This document shows positions 40,421-50,286 of a DNA stretch of 53,065 bases, one piece after another. Numbering within the stretch: position 1 is the stretch's first letter; each line of letters begins with the position of its first letter. Under the pieces are notes generated by a model. It was not told where the DNA came from and did no database searches. It saw only the letters and a program-made list of their open reading frames with translations. The stretch is taken from sequence record SRR22947725_5774. One strand, written 5' to 3'. A program made the position numbers and the translations under genes.

Positions 40421-40707
40421 TGCTCTTAGTAGCTACCATTTCTCTTTTGATCGGAATGATGCTAGTTTTAGTTAGGCTTTTCCTTGGTCCAACAGTCTAT
40501 GATAGAGTGCTAGCAGTTAATACTTTTGGGACACATACAGTTTTATTCATAGGCGTGTTAGGTTTTCTAATGGGAAGACCTGACTTTTTAGATATCGCTC
40601 TACTCTACGCACTTATAAATTTTGTTGGCACTATAACTATTCTTAAATTTTTTAAATATCGTGTAATTGGTGACTCAAATAGAGATATTGAAGAAAGGAA
40701 TGGTTAA
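40420..40707 (+). CDS. mrpF: Mrp Na+/H+ antiporter subunit F
   Basis: GPTVYDRVLA and DIALLYALINFVGT. Confidence 0.9.
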   Translation: MLLVATISLLIGMMLVLVRLFLGPTVYDRVLAVNTFGTHTVLFIGVLGFLMGRPDFLDIALLYALINFVGTITILKFFKYRVIGDSNRDIEERNG

Positions 40708-41030
40708 TGGACAGCCTAAGCTTTTTATTTTATATTATTAGCTGGATATTACTATCTTCTGGATCATTTTTTATTATCACGGGTGCATTTGGAATCTATA
40801 AATTTCCAGAATTTTGGTCACGATTACAGGCTTCATCAGTGACCGACTCTTTAGGTGTTTATTTAATATTATTAGGGTTAGCAGTTCAAAGCGGTTTTAC
40901 ATTTGTTACAGTAAAATTAGTAATTATTGGAGTATTCCTCTTTATTACTGGCCCAACGTCCACCCATGCTTTAGCGAATGCAGCTTTCATTTCAGGCTTG
41001 CGGCCTTGTGAAAATCTTGAAAGCAATTGA
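40707..41030 (+). CDS. mrpG: Mrp Na+/H+ antiporter subunit G
   Basis: FPEFWSRLQA, DSLG and PTSTHALA. Confidence 0.9.
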   Translation: MDSLSFLFYIISWILLSSGSFFIITGAFGIYKFPEFWSRLQASSVTDSLGVYLILLGLAVQSGFTFVTVKLVIIGVFLFITGPTSTHALANAAFISGLRPCENLESN

Positions 41031-41049
41031 AAAAAAAATGAGGTAAACT

Positions 41050-41613
41050 ATCGAAATTTTTATTGATATAACATTATTCATCCTACTAATTCTAACTGCA
41101 TTTGCGACGGTTAGAACTCATGGATTGTTCGGAGTAGTAATGTTATCAGGTGTCTTTAGTTTATTATCTGCACTCTTACTCATAACTCTTGATGCAGTGG
41201 ACGTTGCATTTACAGAAGCAGCCGTTGGAGCAGGAATCTCCATTGTGCTAATGCTTTCGACATTAACGCTTACTTCTAGAAGAGAGAAAAAATCAAAAAA
41301 CTCTAATCTAATACCTCTTATGATTGTTATTATAACTGGTCTAGTATTAACTTATGGGACTCTGGATATGCCTAATTTTGGGGCGGCTGACACTCCGAGC
41401 CAAATACATGTCGCGAGAGAGTATATTAAACGTACACCTGAAGATATTCATATCCCAAATATTGTGACTGCAGTTCTTGGTAGCTACAGAGGATATGATA
41501 CACTTGGAGAAACTGCCGTTATTTTTACTGCTGGAATAGGTGTACTACTAATTCTTGGACGACTAAGTCTTAGACCTAGACGAAGAGCTAAAAAGATCGA
41601 AAAAGTATTATGA
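41050..41613 (+). CDS. Mrp subunit, DUF4040 plus MnhB-like (MrpA C-terminal part; MbhD/E-like)
   Basis: DAVDVAFTEAAVGAG and NIVTAVLGSYRGYDTLGE. The frame is open from an ATC at 41050 (IEIFIDITLFILL...), upstream of the track's TTG at 41125. Confidence 0.85.
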   Translation: MEIFIDITLFILLILTAFATVRTHGLFGVVMLSGVFSLLSALLLITLDAVDVAFTEAAVGAGISIVLMLSTLTLTSRREKKSKNSNLIPLMIVIITGLVLTYGTLDMPNFGAADTPSQIHVAREYIKRTPEDIHIPNIVTAVLGSYRGYDTLGETAVIFTAGIGVLLILGRLSLRPRRRAKKIEKVL

Positions 41614-42050
41614 AACACCATCTTATTCTCCGTGTAATAACAAAACTCTTGGTTGGACCCATAATGCTCTTTGCATTTTATGTACAATTCCATGGAGATT
41701 ATTCGCCAGGCGGTGGTTTCCAGGCAGGAGTGATTATGGCTGTGGGAATCATTATTTATGGTATCGTATTTGATATGGAGCACGCAAAAAAAGTACTTCC
41801 GCCGTGGTTCGTCCATAAGATGTTAGCATTTGGTGTTTTATTATATACTTTTACTGGTGTAATCAGTTTTTTTAGAGGACAAAACTTTTTGGATTACAGT
41901 GCTTTAAGTGCACATAGTCCAACCCATGGCCAGCATTATGGGATTCTTATTATAGAACTTGGTGTAGGCATTACTGTAAGTGGCGTTATGATAGCTATTT
42001 TTTATGCATTTGCTTCTCGTACTTCAGAAATCAATGATGCGGAGTGGTAA
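41610..42050 (+). CDS. mrpB: Mrp Na+/H+ antiporter subunit B
   Basis: HGDYSPGGGFQAG and ELGVGITV. Confidence 0.9.
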   Translation: MKHHLILRVITKLLVGPIMLFAFYVQFHGDYSPGGGFQAGVIMAVGIIIYGIVFDMEHAKKVLPPWFVHKMLAFGVLLYTFTGVISFFRGQNFLDYSALSAHSPTHGQHYGILIIELGVGITVSGVMIAIFYAFASRTSEINDAEW

Positions 42051-42058
42051 GATTTAAT

Positions 42059-42487
42059 ATGATTAACTGGGAATTTATTATTGGGCACCTAAATTACTGG
42101 TTTTTCATAGTACTTATGATGACAGGCCTATACATTGTTATCGCAAAAGGTAATTTAGTAAAGAAAGTTGTCGGTTTAAATATCTTTCAGACTTCTGTTT
42201 TTATGTTTTATATATCAATTGGAAAAGTGATAGGAGGCACAGCCCCAATTTTTCCTGTGGATATGAAAATCGATATTAATATAGTTTATTCTAATCCGCT
42301 CCCTCACGTTTTGATTTTGACAGCGATTGTAGTAGGCGTTGCAACGACTTCCTTAGCACTTGCGTTAATAGTACGTATAAGGGAGGAATATGGCACCATT
42401 GAGGAAGATGAAATATTCATAATTGAACAAGAATTAGATTCCTCAAATAAAGCTCCCAATACCTATAAAGAAAATGGCCATTTTTGA
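42059..42487 (+). CDS. mrpC: Mrp Na+/H+ antiporter subunit C
   Basis: NLVKKVVGL and NPLPHVLILTAIVVG. ATG at 42059. Confidence 0.9.
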   Translation: MINWEFIIGHLNYWFFIVLMMTGLYIVIAKGNLVKKVVGLNIFQTSVFMFYISIGKVIGGTAPIFPVDMKIDINIVYSNPLPHVLILTAIVVGVATTSLALALIVRIREEYGTIEEDEIFIIEQELDSSNKAPNTYKENGHF

Positions 42488-43998
42488 TGAGCTTACCTAT
42501 CTCACATAGTGACAGCTTTTCGTTAGTTGAACAGTTACCAATTTTACAAATACTAGTTCCTTTTGTATCTGCGCCACTAATTGTGTTTATTGGTAATCGA
42601 ACAATCGCTTGGTGGATAACCTTCCTTGCAAGCCTTATTTCTCTTTTAATATCTATAAACCTTTTACTATTGGTAAATGATGGATCTATTATATCCTATC
42701 ATATTGGAGGCTGGGCTCCACCAATTGGAATTGAATACAGAGTAGATGCCCTCAACGCATTTGTTCTCGTATTAATCACTCTGATTAGTACTATAGTAGC
42801 GCCCTATGCTTATAAAAGTGTAGGGAATGAAATTCCTAAGGAGCACCATACACTTTTTTATGCAGCGTATCTATTGTGTGTTACTGGGTTAATGGGAGTA
42901 GTTATTACTGGTGATGTCTTTAATGTGTTTGTTTTTCTAGAGATATCGTCTTTGGCCTCTTATGTACTTATTTCTTTAGGCTCCCATAGAGATAAACGAG
43001 CATTAACCTCCGCATTTAATTATCTTATTATTGGTACAATAGGCGCAACTTTTTTTGTTATCGGTATTGGACTATTATATATGGTAACAGGAACTCTGAA
43101 TATGATAGATATGGCAGGGCTCTTAGAAGGAAAGTCTTCATCTTCAACAGTGCTCTCAGCTTTTGCATTTATTATTGTCGGAGTAGGATTAAAGTTAGCA
43201 ATCTATCCTCTACATATATGGCTACCAAAAGCCTACACGTTCGCACCATCCTTTATAACTGCATTTCTCGCTGCCACAGCGACTAAAGTAGCCATCTACA
43301 TTTTACTAAGGTTTATGTTCACAATATTCAGGCCAAGTTTTTTAGAGGAATTAAATGTTTTAAATTTTGTAATATTACCTTTGTCAATTGCCGCTATGAT
43401 TATCGCTTCCATGATAGCAATCTTTCAAAAAGACTTTAAAGGGCTCTTAGCTTATTCTAGTATTGCACAAGTAGGATATATTTTGCTTGGAATAAGCATA
43501 ATGTCAGAAAGTGGGTTAACAGCAGCAATTATTCATCTCTTTAATCATGGTATTACCAAGGTAGCCTTATTCATGGTTGCGGGAGCTTATGTAATTAAAA
43601 GGGGAGGATCGCTTTTAACTAATCTCCAAGGGGCTGGTTTTACAATGCCTTGGACTAGCGCTGCTACCGTAGTGGGATGTTTAAGTTTAATTGGCGTACC
43701 AGGTACAGCTGGTTTTATAAGCAAATGGATACTAGTCGAGGCTGCCATAGAAAATGGTAAGTGGCCTTTAGCGATCGTGATCATTTTCTCTTCGCTGCTG
43801 GCAGTAGTTTATTGCGGGCGACTTATTGAAACTTTGTATTTTAAAAATGGAAATGACGAGACAGTAGTAAATGAAGCTCCATTAACTATGTTAATATCTA
43901 TCTGGATAGCAAGCCTAGCATGCATTTACTTTGGTTTGAGTACTGACATCACAATATCGGTTTCCGACCTCGCGGCAAAAATGTTATACCTAAAGTAA
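42487..43998 (+). CDS. mrpD: Mrp Na+/H+ antiporter subunit D
   Basis: GGWAPPIGI, DVFNVFVFLEI, PLHIWLPKAY, LAYSSIAQ and GFISKW. Confidence 0.88.
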   Translation: MSLPISHSDSFSLVEQLPILQILVPFVSAPLIVFIGNRTIAWWITFLASLISLLISINLLLLVNDGSIISYHIGGWAPPIGIEYRVDALNAFVLVLITLISTIVAPYAYKSVGNEIPKEHHTLFYAAYLLCVTGLMGVVITGDVFNVFVFLEISSLASYVLISLGSHRDKRALTSAFNYLIIGTIGATFFVIGIGLLYMVTGTLNMIDMAGLLEGKSSSSTVLSAFAFIIVGVGLKLAIYPLHIWLPKAYTFAPSFITAFLAATATKVAIYILLRFMFTIFRPSFLEELNVLNFVILPLSIAAMIIASMIAIFQKDFKGLLAYSSIAQVGYILLGISIMSESGLTAAIIHLFNHGITKVALFMVAGAYVIKRGGSLLTNLQGAGFTMPWTSAATVVGCLSLIGVPGTAGFISKWILVEAAIENGKWPLAIVIIFSSLLAVVYCGRLIETLYFKNGNDETVVNEAPLTMLISIWIASLACIYFGLSTDITISVSDLAAKMLYLK

Positions 43999-44028
43999 TT
44001 AAATTAATTTTAAGGGAAAATTTACACA

Positions 44029-45492
44029 GTGGTACCTAATATTTTTATTCTTTTAAGTATTTTGATACCGGTTTTCGCCGCAATCTTGAACCTTGTTATT
44101 AGGGAGCGAGAAAATTTTAGAGATTTCTTAACATTTATTGCATCCGTTTTAACGTTTTTTTGCGTACTGGCTATATTAATTAGTGTTGGCAACAAAACAA
44201 CCGAAGAAATAGTTCTTCTATCAGTTATCCCAGGATTAAAAATATCCTTTCAAGTTGAACCTTTAGGTCTCTTGTTTGCCTTACTAGCGTCCGGTTTATG
44301 GATTCTTACACACGTTTATGCAGTAGGCTATATGAGAGAAAATAAAGAGGCTAAACACTCTAAGTTTTTTGCATATTTTTCTTTAGCCATAGCTTGCGTA
44401 ATGGGAATAGCATTTTCATCAAACATGTTTACTCTATTTTTTTTCTACGAGGCGCTAACTCTAACCACTTACCCCCTTGTGGCACATAAAGGCACAGACT
44501 CGGCTGTCAAAGGAGCCAGAACATATTTTGGGATACTAATTGGAACCTCTATAGGCCTCCAACTTACTGCTATAATATGGACATTTCTAATCTCAGGGAC
44601 CTTAGATTTTTCAAAAGGTGGTATTTTAAATGGTCACTTGGAAGGTCCCTTGGTTACATTATTACTTTTCCTATATGTATTTGGAATTGGGAAAGCAGCT
44701 CTTATGCCATTCCATAAATGGCTACCTGCTGCCATGGTTGCTCCCACACCCGTATCAGCACTACTTCACGCTGTTGCGGTAGTAAAAGCAGGTGTATTCA
44801 CGGTTCTTAAAGTTGGAATATATATTTTTGGCTTAGAGTTTCTACAAAATAGTGGAGCATCATATTGGCTTATGTGGTTTGCTGCAGGTACCATTATGAT
44901 AGCTTCGCTGATAGCTATAACAAAAGATAATCTGAAAGCACGTTTGGCATATTCAACAGTTAGTCAATTATCTTATATTACTTTAGGTGTAGCTCTGGCG
45001 ACATCAATGGGGGTGCTAGGCGCAGGCGCACATATAGTTATGCACGCTATGGGAAAAATAACATTATTCATGTGTGCTGGGTCTATATACGTTGTAACTA
45101 AGAAGACAAATATTAGTCAGATGACTGGCTTAGGTAAAGTTATGCCGATTACCTTTGGTGCATTTTTTATAGGCTCTCTTTCAATTATAGGGTTACCTCC
45201 ATTGGGTGGCTCTTGGAGTAAGTGGTTTCTATTGATGGGCGCTCTAGAAGCCGATCAATGGTTTATGGTATTGATTCTTATATTTAGCTCTTTATTAAAC
45301 ATTGCATACTTATTACCCATCGTCGCAAAGGGCTTTTTTCTTTCTCAAGAAAAAGATCTACCTCAAAAATATTCTGAAAGTACGGCTTTAATTTGGCTAC
45401 CGCCAGCTATTACAGCCTTGTGTTGTATTATCTTGTTTTTTACAGTTGGGTATTTATTAGACTTTTTAGCGCCCATACTCTTGCCTGAATAG
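44029..45492 (+). CDS. Second antiporter-like subunit (MrpA/NuoL-type core, usually annotated MrpD family)
   Basis: GKAALMPFHKWLPAAMVAPTPVSALLH, LAYSTVSQL and HAMGKITLF; only 487 aa. Confidence 0.85.
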   Translation: MVPNIFILLSILIPVFAAILNLVIRERENFRDFLTFIASVLTFFCVLAILISVGNKTTEEIVLLSVIPGLKISFQVEPLGLLFALLASGLWILTHVYAVGYMRENKEAKHSKFFAYFSLAIACVMGIAFSSNMFTLFFFYEALTLTTYPLVAHKGTDSAVKGARTYFGILIGTSIGLQLTAIIWTFLISGTLDFSKGGILNGHLEGPLVTLLLFLYVFGIGKAALMPFHKWLPAAMVAPTPVSALLHAVAVVKAGVFTVLKVGIYIFGLEFLQNSGASYWLMWFAAGTIMIASLIAITKDNLKARLAYSTVSQLSYITLGVALATSMGVLGAGAHIVMHAMGKITLFMCAGSIYVVTKKTNISQMTGLGKVMPITFGAFFIGSLSIIGLPPLGGSWSKWFLLMGALEADQWFMVLILIFSSLLNIAYLLPIVAKGFFLSQEKDLPQKYSESTALIWLPPAITALCCIILFFTVGYLLDFLAPILLPE

Positions 45493-45663
45493 GTTAGAGT
45501 AAAGCCTTTAAAACCCCCCAAGTCTTAAGTTTGCTCTTAAAAAATTTTGCCTTAGCGATTAGTAGAATTTATAAAGACATACTAAGAAATTTTTTTCTTA
45601 CACTTTTATTTTCTTGGCTTTCATCCCGTAAAAATAGTACTAATTCCCCCTTTAAAACCCAGA

Positions 45664-46599
45664 TCAGTACCCATTCTTGCGATCAACAAGATGCAAAAAT
45701 GATTCTCCACTCTCTCCTCTTAAAATATTTTTAGCGATGACATCACAAGAAGAACTTGCCCGAGTAACAGAGGCTATATGGGGTGTAACAGTAACATTAT
45801 CACTCAACCAATAGGGGTGATCTTTTGGTAAAGGCTCTATTTCAAATACATCTAATGTTGCGTGGCGTACTTGCCCACTTTCAATCGCTTTTAATAGAGC
45901 AGAATCATTAATTAGATGACCCCTTCCAGGATTCAGTATTATAGAACCGTGTGGTACTTTAGATAACATTCGTTCATCCATCAAACCAGTCGTTTCTTTG
46001 GTTAAAGGAAGCAATAAAATTAAAATCTCTGCTCGATTTAATACTTCACTTAAACCTTCATTTCCAAAATAACACTTTATGTTTTCAACATCACTTTTTT
46101 GACCTCGGCTCCAACCACTAACTTTAAAATTTAAATTACTAAGTGCTTTAGCACATGATAACCCTAACTCTCCTAAACCAAGAATAGTAATATTTCTATC
46201 ACTTGCTAAAGGTGGATAAGTATTACTCCTCCACACACCATCTTGAACCTTTATATGCATATCAAGGTCAAGATGATGCCTTAATACATGACCAGTTACC
46301 CATTCCACCATGCCCTGTGTTAGCCCGGTATCTACCATACGACATAAAGGCACTTTTATAGTTGTATTCCCTGTAATATTCTCAACTCCAGCCCAAAGAC
46401 TTAGAATAGCTTTAAGAGATCTAAATTTACTAAAATCCTCTAGGCCTCCGCTAGGAGCATAAATTATATAATTGGCATCAAGACAGTTCAGATCGGTTGT
46501 TATTTCATATAAAAGTTTTGTATCATTCATTGCTCGAATTAACTCAGTTTTATATTTTTCCCAATCTTTCTGGCTTGCAGAAAATAGTATTTTTATCAT
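45664..46599 (-). CDS. ghrA: Glyoxylate/hydroxypyruvate reductase A (D-2-hydroxyacid dehydrogenase)
   Basis: SLWAGVE, LGLGELG, NPGRG, LDVF and TPHIAS; usual position after rodA in roseobacters. Confidence 0.88.
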   Translation of the reverse strand: MIKILFSASQKDWEKYKTELIRAMNDTKLLYEITTDLNCLDANYIIYAPSGGLEDFSKFRSLKAILSLWAGVENITGNTTIKVPLCRMVDTGLTQGMVEWVTGHVLRHHLDLDMHIKVQDGVWRSNTYPPLASDRNITILGLGELGLSCAKALSNLNFKVSGWSRGQKSDVENIKCYFGNEGLSEVLNRAEILILLLPLTKETTGLMDERMLSKVPHGSIILNPGRGHLINDSALLKAIESGQVRHATLDVFEIEPLPKDHPYWLSDNVTVTPHIASVTRASSSCDVIAKNILRGESGESFLHLVDRKNGY

Positions 46600-46603
46600 T
46601 AAC

Positions 46604-47743
46604 TTACCTCACTCTGTGAACATGGGCACTTTGCATTACGCCAAAAGCTCCCAAAAGAACTAGCATCGAAGACCCTCCATAACTAATTAAAGGTAGCGGT
46701 ACACCCACTATCGGAGCAAAGCCCATGACCATAGCCATATTTGGGGCAAAGTATAAGAAAAAAGTAAAAGCTATACCCATAATAACTAAAGAAGAAAAAC
46801 GATCTTTGTTTTTTAGTGCTGATACAATACAAAACAAGATAAGCAAATTATACATAGCTAAAACAGATAATCCACCTATAAATCCGAACTCTTCTGCAAG
46901 GGTCGTAAAGATAAAGTCAGTATGTTTCTCAGGTAAAAAGTTTAATTGTGATTGGGTTCCTTGCATGAAACCCCTCCCATTTACTCCTCCAGAACCAAGA
47001 GCAATTTTTGATTGACCTATATGATAGCCTGCGCCCATAGGATCACTTGAAGGATTTAAAAAGGTATCTATTCTACGGTATTGATAATCCCTGAGTATAG
47101 CCAAACCAGTGTCTCGTGTATAAAATACAGCGACCGCCCCTGATGTGAGGCTCATTATAATTCCTAAAAAATAACCCCAGTGGACCCCAGCTAGTAACAT
47201 CAACCCTCCACCACCAGTTAAAACCAGTAAAGCCGTTCCAAGATCAGGTTGATTGAAAATTAAAGAGACAGGTATCAATATGATTATTGCAGGCATTAAA
47301 ACCCAAATTGGCTTTGACACTTTTGTTATGTCTAACCAGTCATAATATGCAGCAAGAAATAAAACTGTGGTAATTTTTGTTAACTCTGACGGTTGTAACC
47401 TTATAAAACCTAAATCCAACCACCTTTGTGCACCCATCCCAGTTGTACCAAAAAAGTCCACCCCAATAAGTAACATAATACTTATAAAATAAATGAGCCC
47501 AGAAACATTCTTCCAAAACCAGATTGGTATCATCGCAATAAACAGTAACATACCAATACCAGCTACAAATCTCTTTAATTGAGGTTCTGCCCAGGGAACC
47601 AAGGAACCTCCAGCCACTGAGTAAAGCATTAAAAACCCAACAGACGAAATTGCAAAAATTAATATAAGTACTGCCCAGTTTAAATGTAAAAACTTTACAA
47701 TTCCATAAGGGGTTCGCTTAATATTTTGTTCAAGGTAGCTCAT
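46604..47743 (-). CDS. rodA: Rod shape-determining SEDS glycosyltransferase
   Basis: GAQRWL, LQPSE, QPDLGTA, LPEKHTDFIF and PLISYGGSS. Confidence 0.96.
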   Translation of the reverse strand: MSYLEQNIKRTPYGIVKFLHLNWAVLILIFAISSVGFLMLYSVAGGSLVPWAEPQLKRFVAGIGMLLFIAMIPIWFWKNVSGLIYFISIMLLIGVDFFGTTGMGAQRWLDLGFIRLQPSELTKITTVLFLAAYYDWLDITKVSKPIWVLMPAIIILIPVSLIFNQPDLGTALLVLTGGGGLMLLAGVHWGYFLGIIMSLTSGAVAVFYTRDTGLAILRDYQYRRIDTFLNPSSDPMGAGYHIGQSKIALGSGGVNGRGFMQGTQSQLNFLPEKHTDFIFTTLAEEFGFIGGLSVLAMYNLLILFCIVSALKNKDRFSSLVIMGIAFTFFLYFAPNMAMVMGFAPIVGVPLPLISYGGSSMLVLLGAFGVMQSAHVHRVR

Positions 47744-49707
47744 TCGTATTCTGATCTTAATGTTTTCTCTGGGTCTACTAATTGCATTTTTGTAAGCATT
47801 GAAGCAATACGAGAGCGTTGAGCTTCAGGATACGCTGATAATGGTGGTAATGAACCATATTGGGCAGCTAGCATTATATCACGTGCAATAGGCGCCGCTG
47901 AGGTGGAACCACTTCCACCGTGCTCTACAACTACTGACACTGAGTATTTAGGATTCGTGAATGGAGCATATCCAACAAATAATGCATGATCCCTATATTT
48001 CCACGGCTTATCTTCATTTTTTGATACTCCTCGCTTTCGTTCAGATTTAGAGATTTCCGTAACTTGAGATGTCCCAGTTTTACCAGCAAACTCTTTATCA
48101 GCCTGTTCAACTCGACTACTATAAGCAGTCCCTCTTTTATCATTTACAACTGAGTACATACCACGCCTTACCTCTCTAATTGCGGCGGGATCAATATTAA
48201 GAGGTTTAAAACTCTCGATGGGTAAAGACAGTCCAGAAAAAGATTTTATCAATCTAGGCTTAACAATACTATTAGTTGCCAATCGTGCTGTAATGACAGC
48301 CAACTGAAGTGGTGATGTTAGTACATCACCTTGACCAATAGCTGTATTTAGAGTGTCTCCTATTTTCCATTCTTGACCCTTTTCTTTTCTTCTCCACTCT
48401 CTACTTGGCATTATACCGCTTTCAACGAGCGGCAACGGGAGGTCAAATTTCTCCCCAACGCCTAGTCGTCTTGCCATTGCAGCAATTTTACTTATCCCGA
48501 TGCGTTGAGAGAGTTCATAGTAGTAATGATCACAGGACTGTTTCAAACTATTATGCAAGTTTACTTTCCCGTGGCCACCACTCTTCCAGCAATAAAACTT
48601 ACGCCCAGAAATTTCAGTAAAACCTTTACAATTTATTTCATCTTTTATGGAAATAACTCCGGCTTCTAAGGCAGCTAAAGAAACTATCATTTTAAAAGTC
48701 GACCCAGGTGGATAACTACCTTGTACTGATTTATTCCATAATGGATTATAAGGGTTTTCTAAAATAGAGTTGTAATCAGAATGAGATATACCTCCTATAA
48801 ATTTGTTTGGATCGAAAGCCGGAGTCGATCCGATAGCTAATAGATCTCCACTATTAACGTTCATAATTACTGCAGAAGCACTTAACCCAGATAATCGCTC
48901 CTGAACAAAATGTTGTAATCTAGTATCGATAGTCAAATTAATATTAGCTCCCTTAATACTCTCTGCCCTACTAAGTTCACGCATAATTCTACCAACTGAA
49001 TTAACTTCAATTTTTTTATTTCCCGCTTTTCCCCGCAATTGCCTATCGAGTTTGTTTTCAACACCCGTTTTCCCCACCTGAAACTTCGGGATTTCTAGTA
49101 ATGGATCTTTTTTTGAAATTTTTCCTTCTCTATAATCTCTATCCATTTTAATTATATCTTTTTCACCTACTGCCCCAACATAACCAATAATATGAGAATA
49201 GTCAGTTGATCTGGGGTAAAAACGGCTTAAACCTACTTCTGGACTCACACCCGGTAGGATTGGTGAATTTACTGCAACATTACTCAACTGTTCCCAGCTT
49301 AAATTATCAGAAACGGTAATAGGAATAAGTGGGCTTCGTTTTAAAATCTCTGATTTTAATTGATCTTTAAAAGACTTTGAGAATTTCAAAATCTTTTCCA
49401 AGTTTAATAATACTTGATCAAGGTTTTTGACTTCGTCTCTGACCAATATGACTTTAAAATTTTGTTTGTTCCCCGCTAACAAAATACCATTTCGATCAAA
49501 TATTTCTCCTCTAGAAGGGGGAAGTAATCTAACATTTATACGATTTTCTTCTGCCAGTAGTCTAAATTTACTAGACTCACTCACTTGAAGGAAATGCATC
49601 CTATACGCCAAAGTACTTGAAAAAACAGCCATTGCCCCACCAAGAATAAAAATTCTTCTATCATGACGGCCCTTATTTTTTTCTGTGTCTATTTCAGAAG
49701 TTGCCAT
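47740..49707 (-). CDS. mrdA: Penicillin-binding protein 2
   Basis: RGEIFDRNG and the SxxK (STFK), SCD and KTG motifs. Confidence 0.95.
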   Translation of the reverse strand: MATSEIDTEKNKGRHDRRIFILGGAMAVFSSTLAYRMHFLQVSESSKFRLLAEENRINVRLLPPSRGEIFDRNGILLAGNKQNFKVILVRDEVKNLDQVLLNLEKILKFSKSFKDQLKSEILKRSPLIPITVSDNLSWEQLSNVAVNSPILPGVSPEVGLSRFYPRSTDYSHIIGYVGAVGEKDIIKMDRDYREGKISKKDPLLEIPKFQVGKTGVENKLDRQLRGKAGNKKIEVNSVGRIMRELSRAESIKGANINLTIDTRLQHFVQERLSGLSASAVIMNVNSGDLLAIGSTPAFDPNKFIGGISHSDYNSILENPYNPLWNKSVQGSYPPGSTFKMIVSLAALEAGVISIKDEINCKGFTEISGRKFYCWKSGGHGKVNLHNSLKQSCDHYYYELSQRIGISKIAAMARRLGVGEKFDLPLPLVESGIMPSREWRRKEKGQEWKIGDTLNTAIGQGDVLTSPLQLAVITARLATNSIVKPRLIKSFSGLSLPIESFKPLNIDPAAIREVRRGMYSVVNDKRGTAYSSRVEQADKEFAGKTGTSQVTEISKSERKRGVSKNEDKPWKYRDHALFVGYAPFTNPKYSVSVVVEHGGSGSTSAAPIARDIMLAAQYGSLPPLSAYPEAQRSRIASMLTKMQLVDPEKTLRSEYE

Positions 49708-49742
49708 TAAATATTTTCCATAGATTTCCCACGAGTTACCGT

Positions 49743-50255
49743 CTATGACCTCTCAATATGTCGAACCCTTAGTATGCTATGTAACACAAAAATTACTATT
49801 GGGTATATTAGCAAAGAAAATGTAAGCTGCAATAAAATCATCCCTATGGGTGGGCTTTTAATCTTAAAAATAAATTCTATACCAATTTGTGTAAATGTTA
49901 GTAAAATCAAAATGATATTAACAAGTAATAATTCTTGACCTAGTTTTAATCGACCTTGAGATAAAGAACGCCACCTTAGAAATTCATAACCGATTAAAGA
50001 TAAAGCCGACCAAAGACCTAATGGCATTAGTAATAATATGTCTGAAATTATGTGCACAAACAAAATTAGAATAACTGGTAGGTAACTTGGTTTGCGAATG
50101 AGCCAGGCTACTGTTATCAAATAAATTAAATTTGGCCAAAGAACTTCCTGATGTACAATTTTCATAGGAAGTAATTGCAATGAAAGAATAATAAAACAAA
50201 TCATCAAATATTTTATGTAATAAGCCCAGGACTGAATATTTTGAAAATTAATCAT
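49743..50255 (-). CDS. mreD: Rod shape-determining protein MreD
   Basis: Hydrophobic 170 aa with WLIRKP and DILLLMPLGLW; lies between mreC and mrdA. Confidence 0.82.
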   Translation of the reverse strand: MINFQNIQSWAYYIKYLMICFIILSLQLLPMKIVHQEVLWPNLIYLITVAWLIRKPSYLPVILILFVHIISDILLLMPLGLWSALSLIGYEFLRWRSLSQGRLKLGQELLLVNIILILLTFTQIGIEFIFKIKSPPIGMILLQLTFSLLIYPIVIFVLHSILRVRHIERS

Positions 50256-50286
50256 TATCCTCTTCTTACTGCCTTAAACTTTTGAT

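Noticed and set aside
37401..45663. Possible genomic island at tRNA-Gln containing yhiN-kdsA-mrp
   Set aside because: There is no integrase, att duplicate or obvious compositional shift. The block lies on the tRNA's 5' side, and kdsA is a core gene.
45531..45734. 67-aa ORF after the last Mrp gene as a possible extra small subunit
   Set aside because: TTG start without an SD, no convincing TM segment, and it overlaps the ghrA 3' end in antisense.
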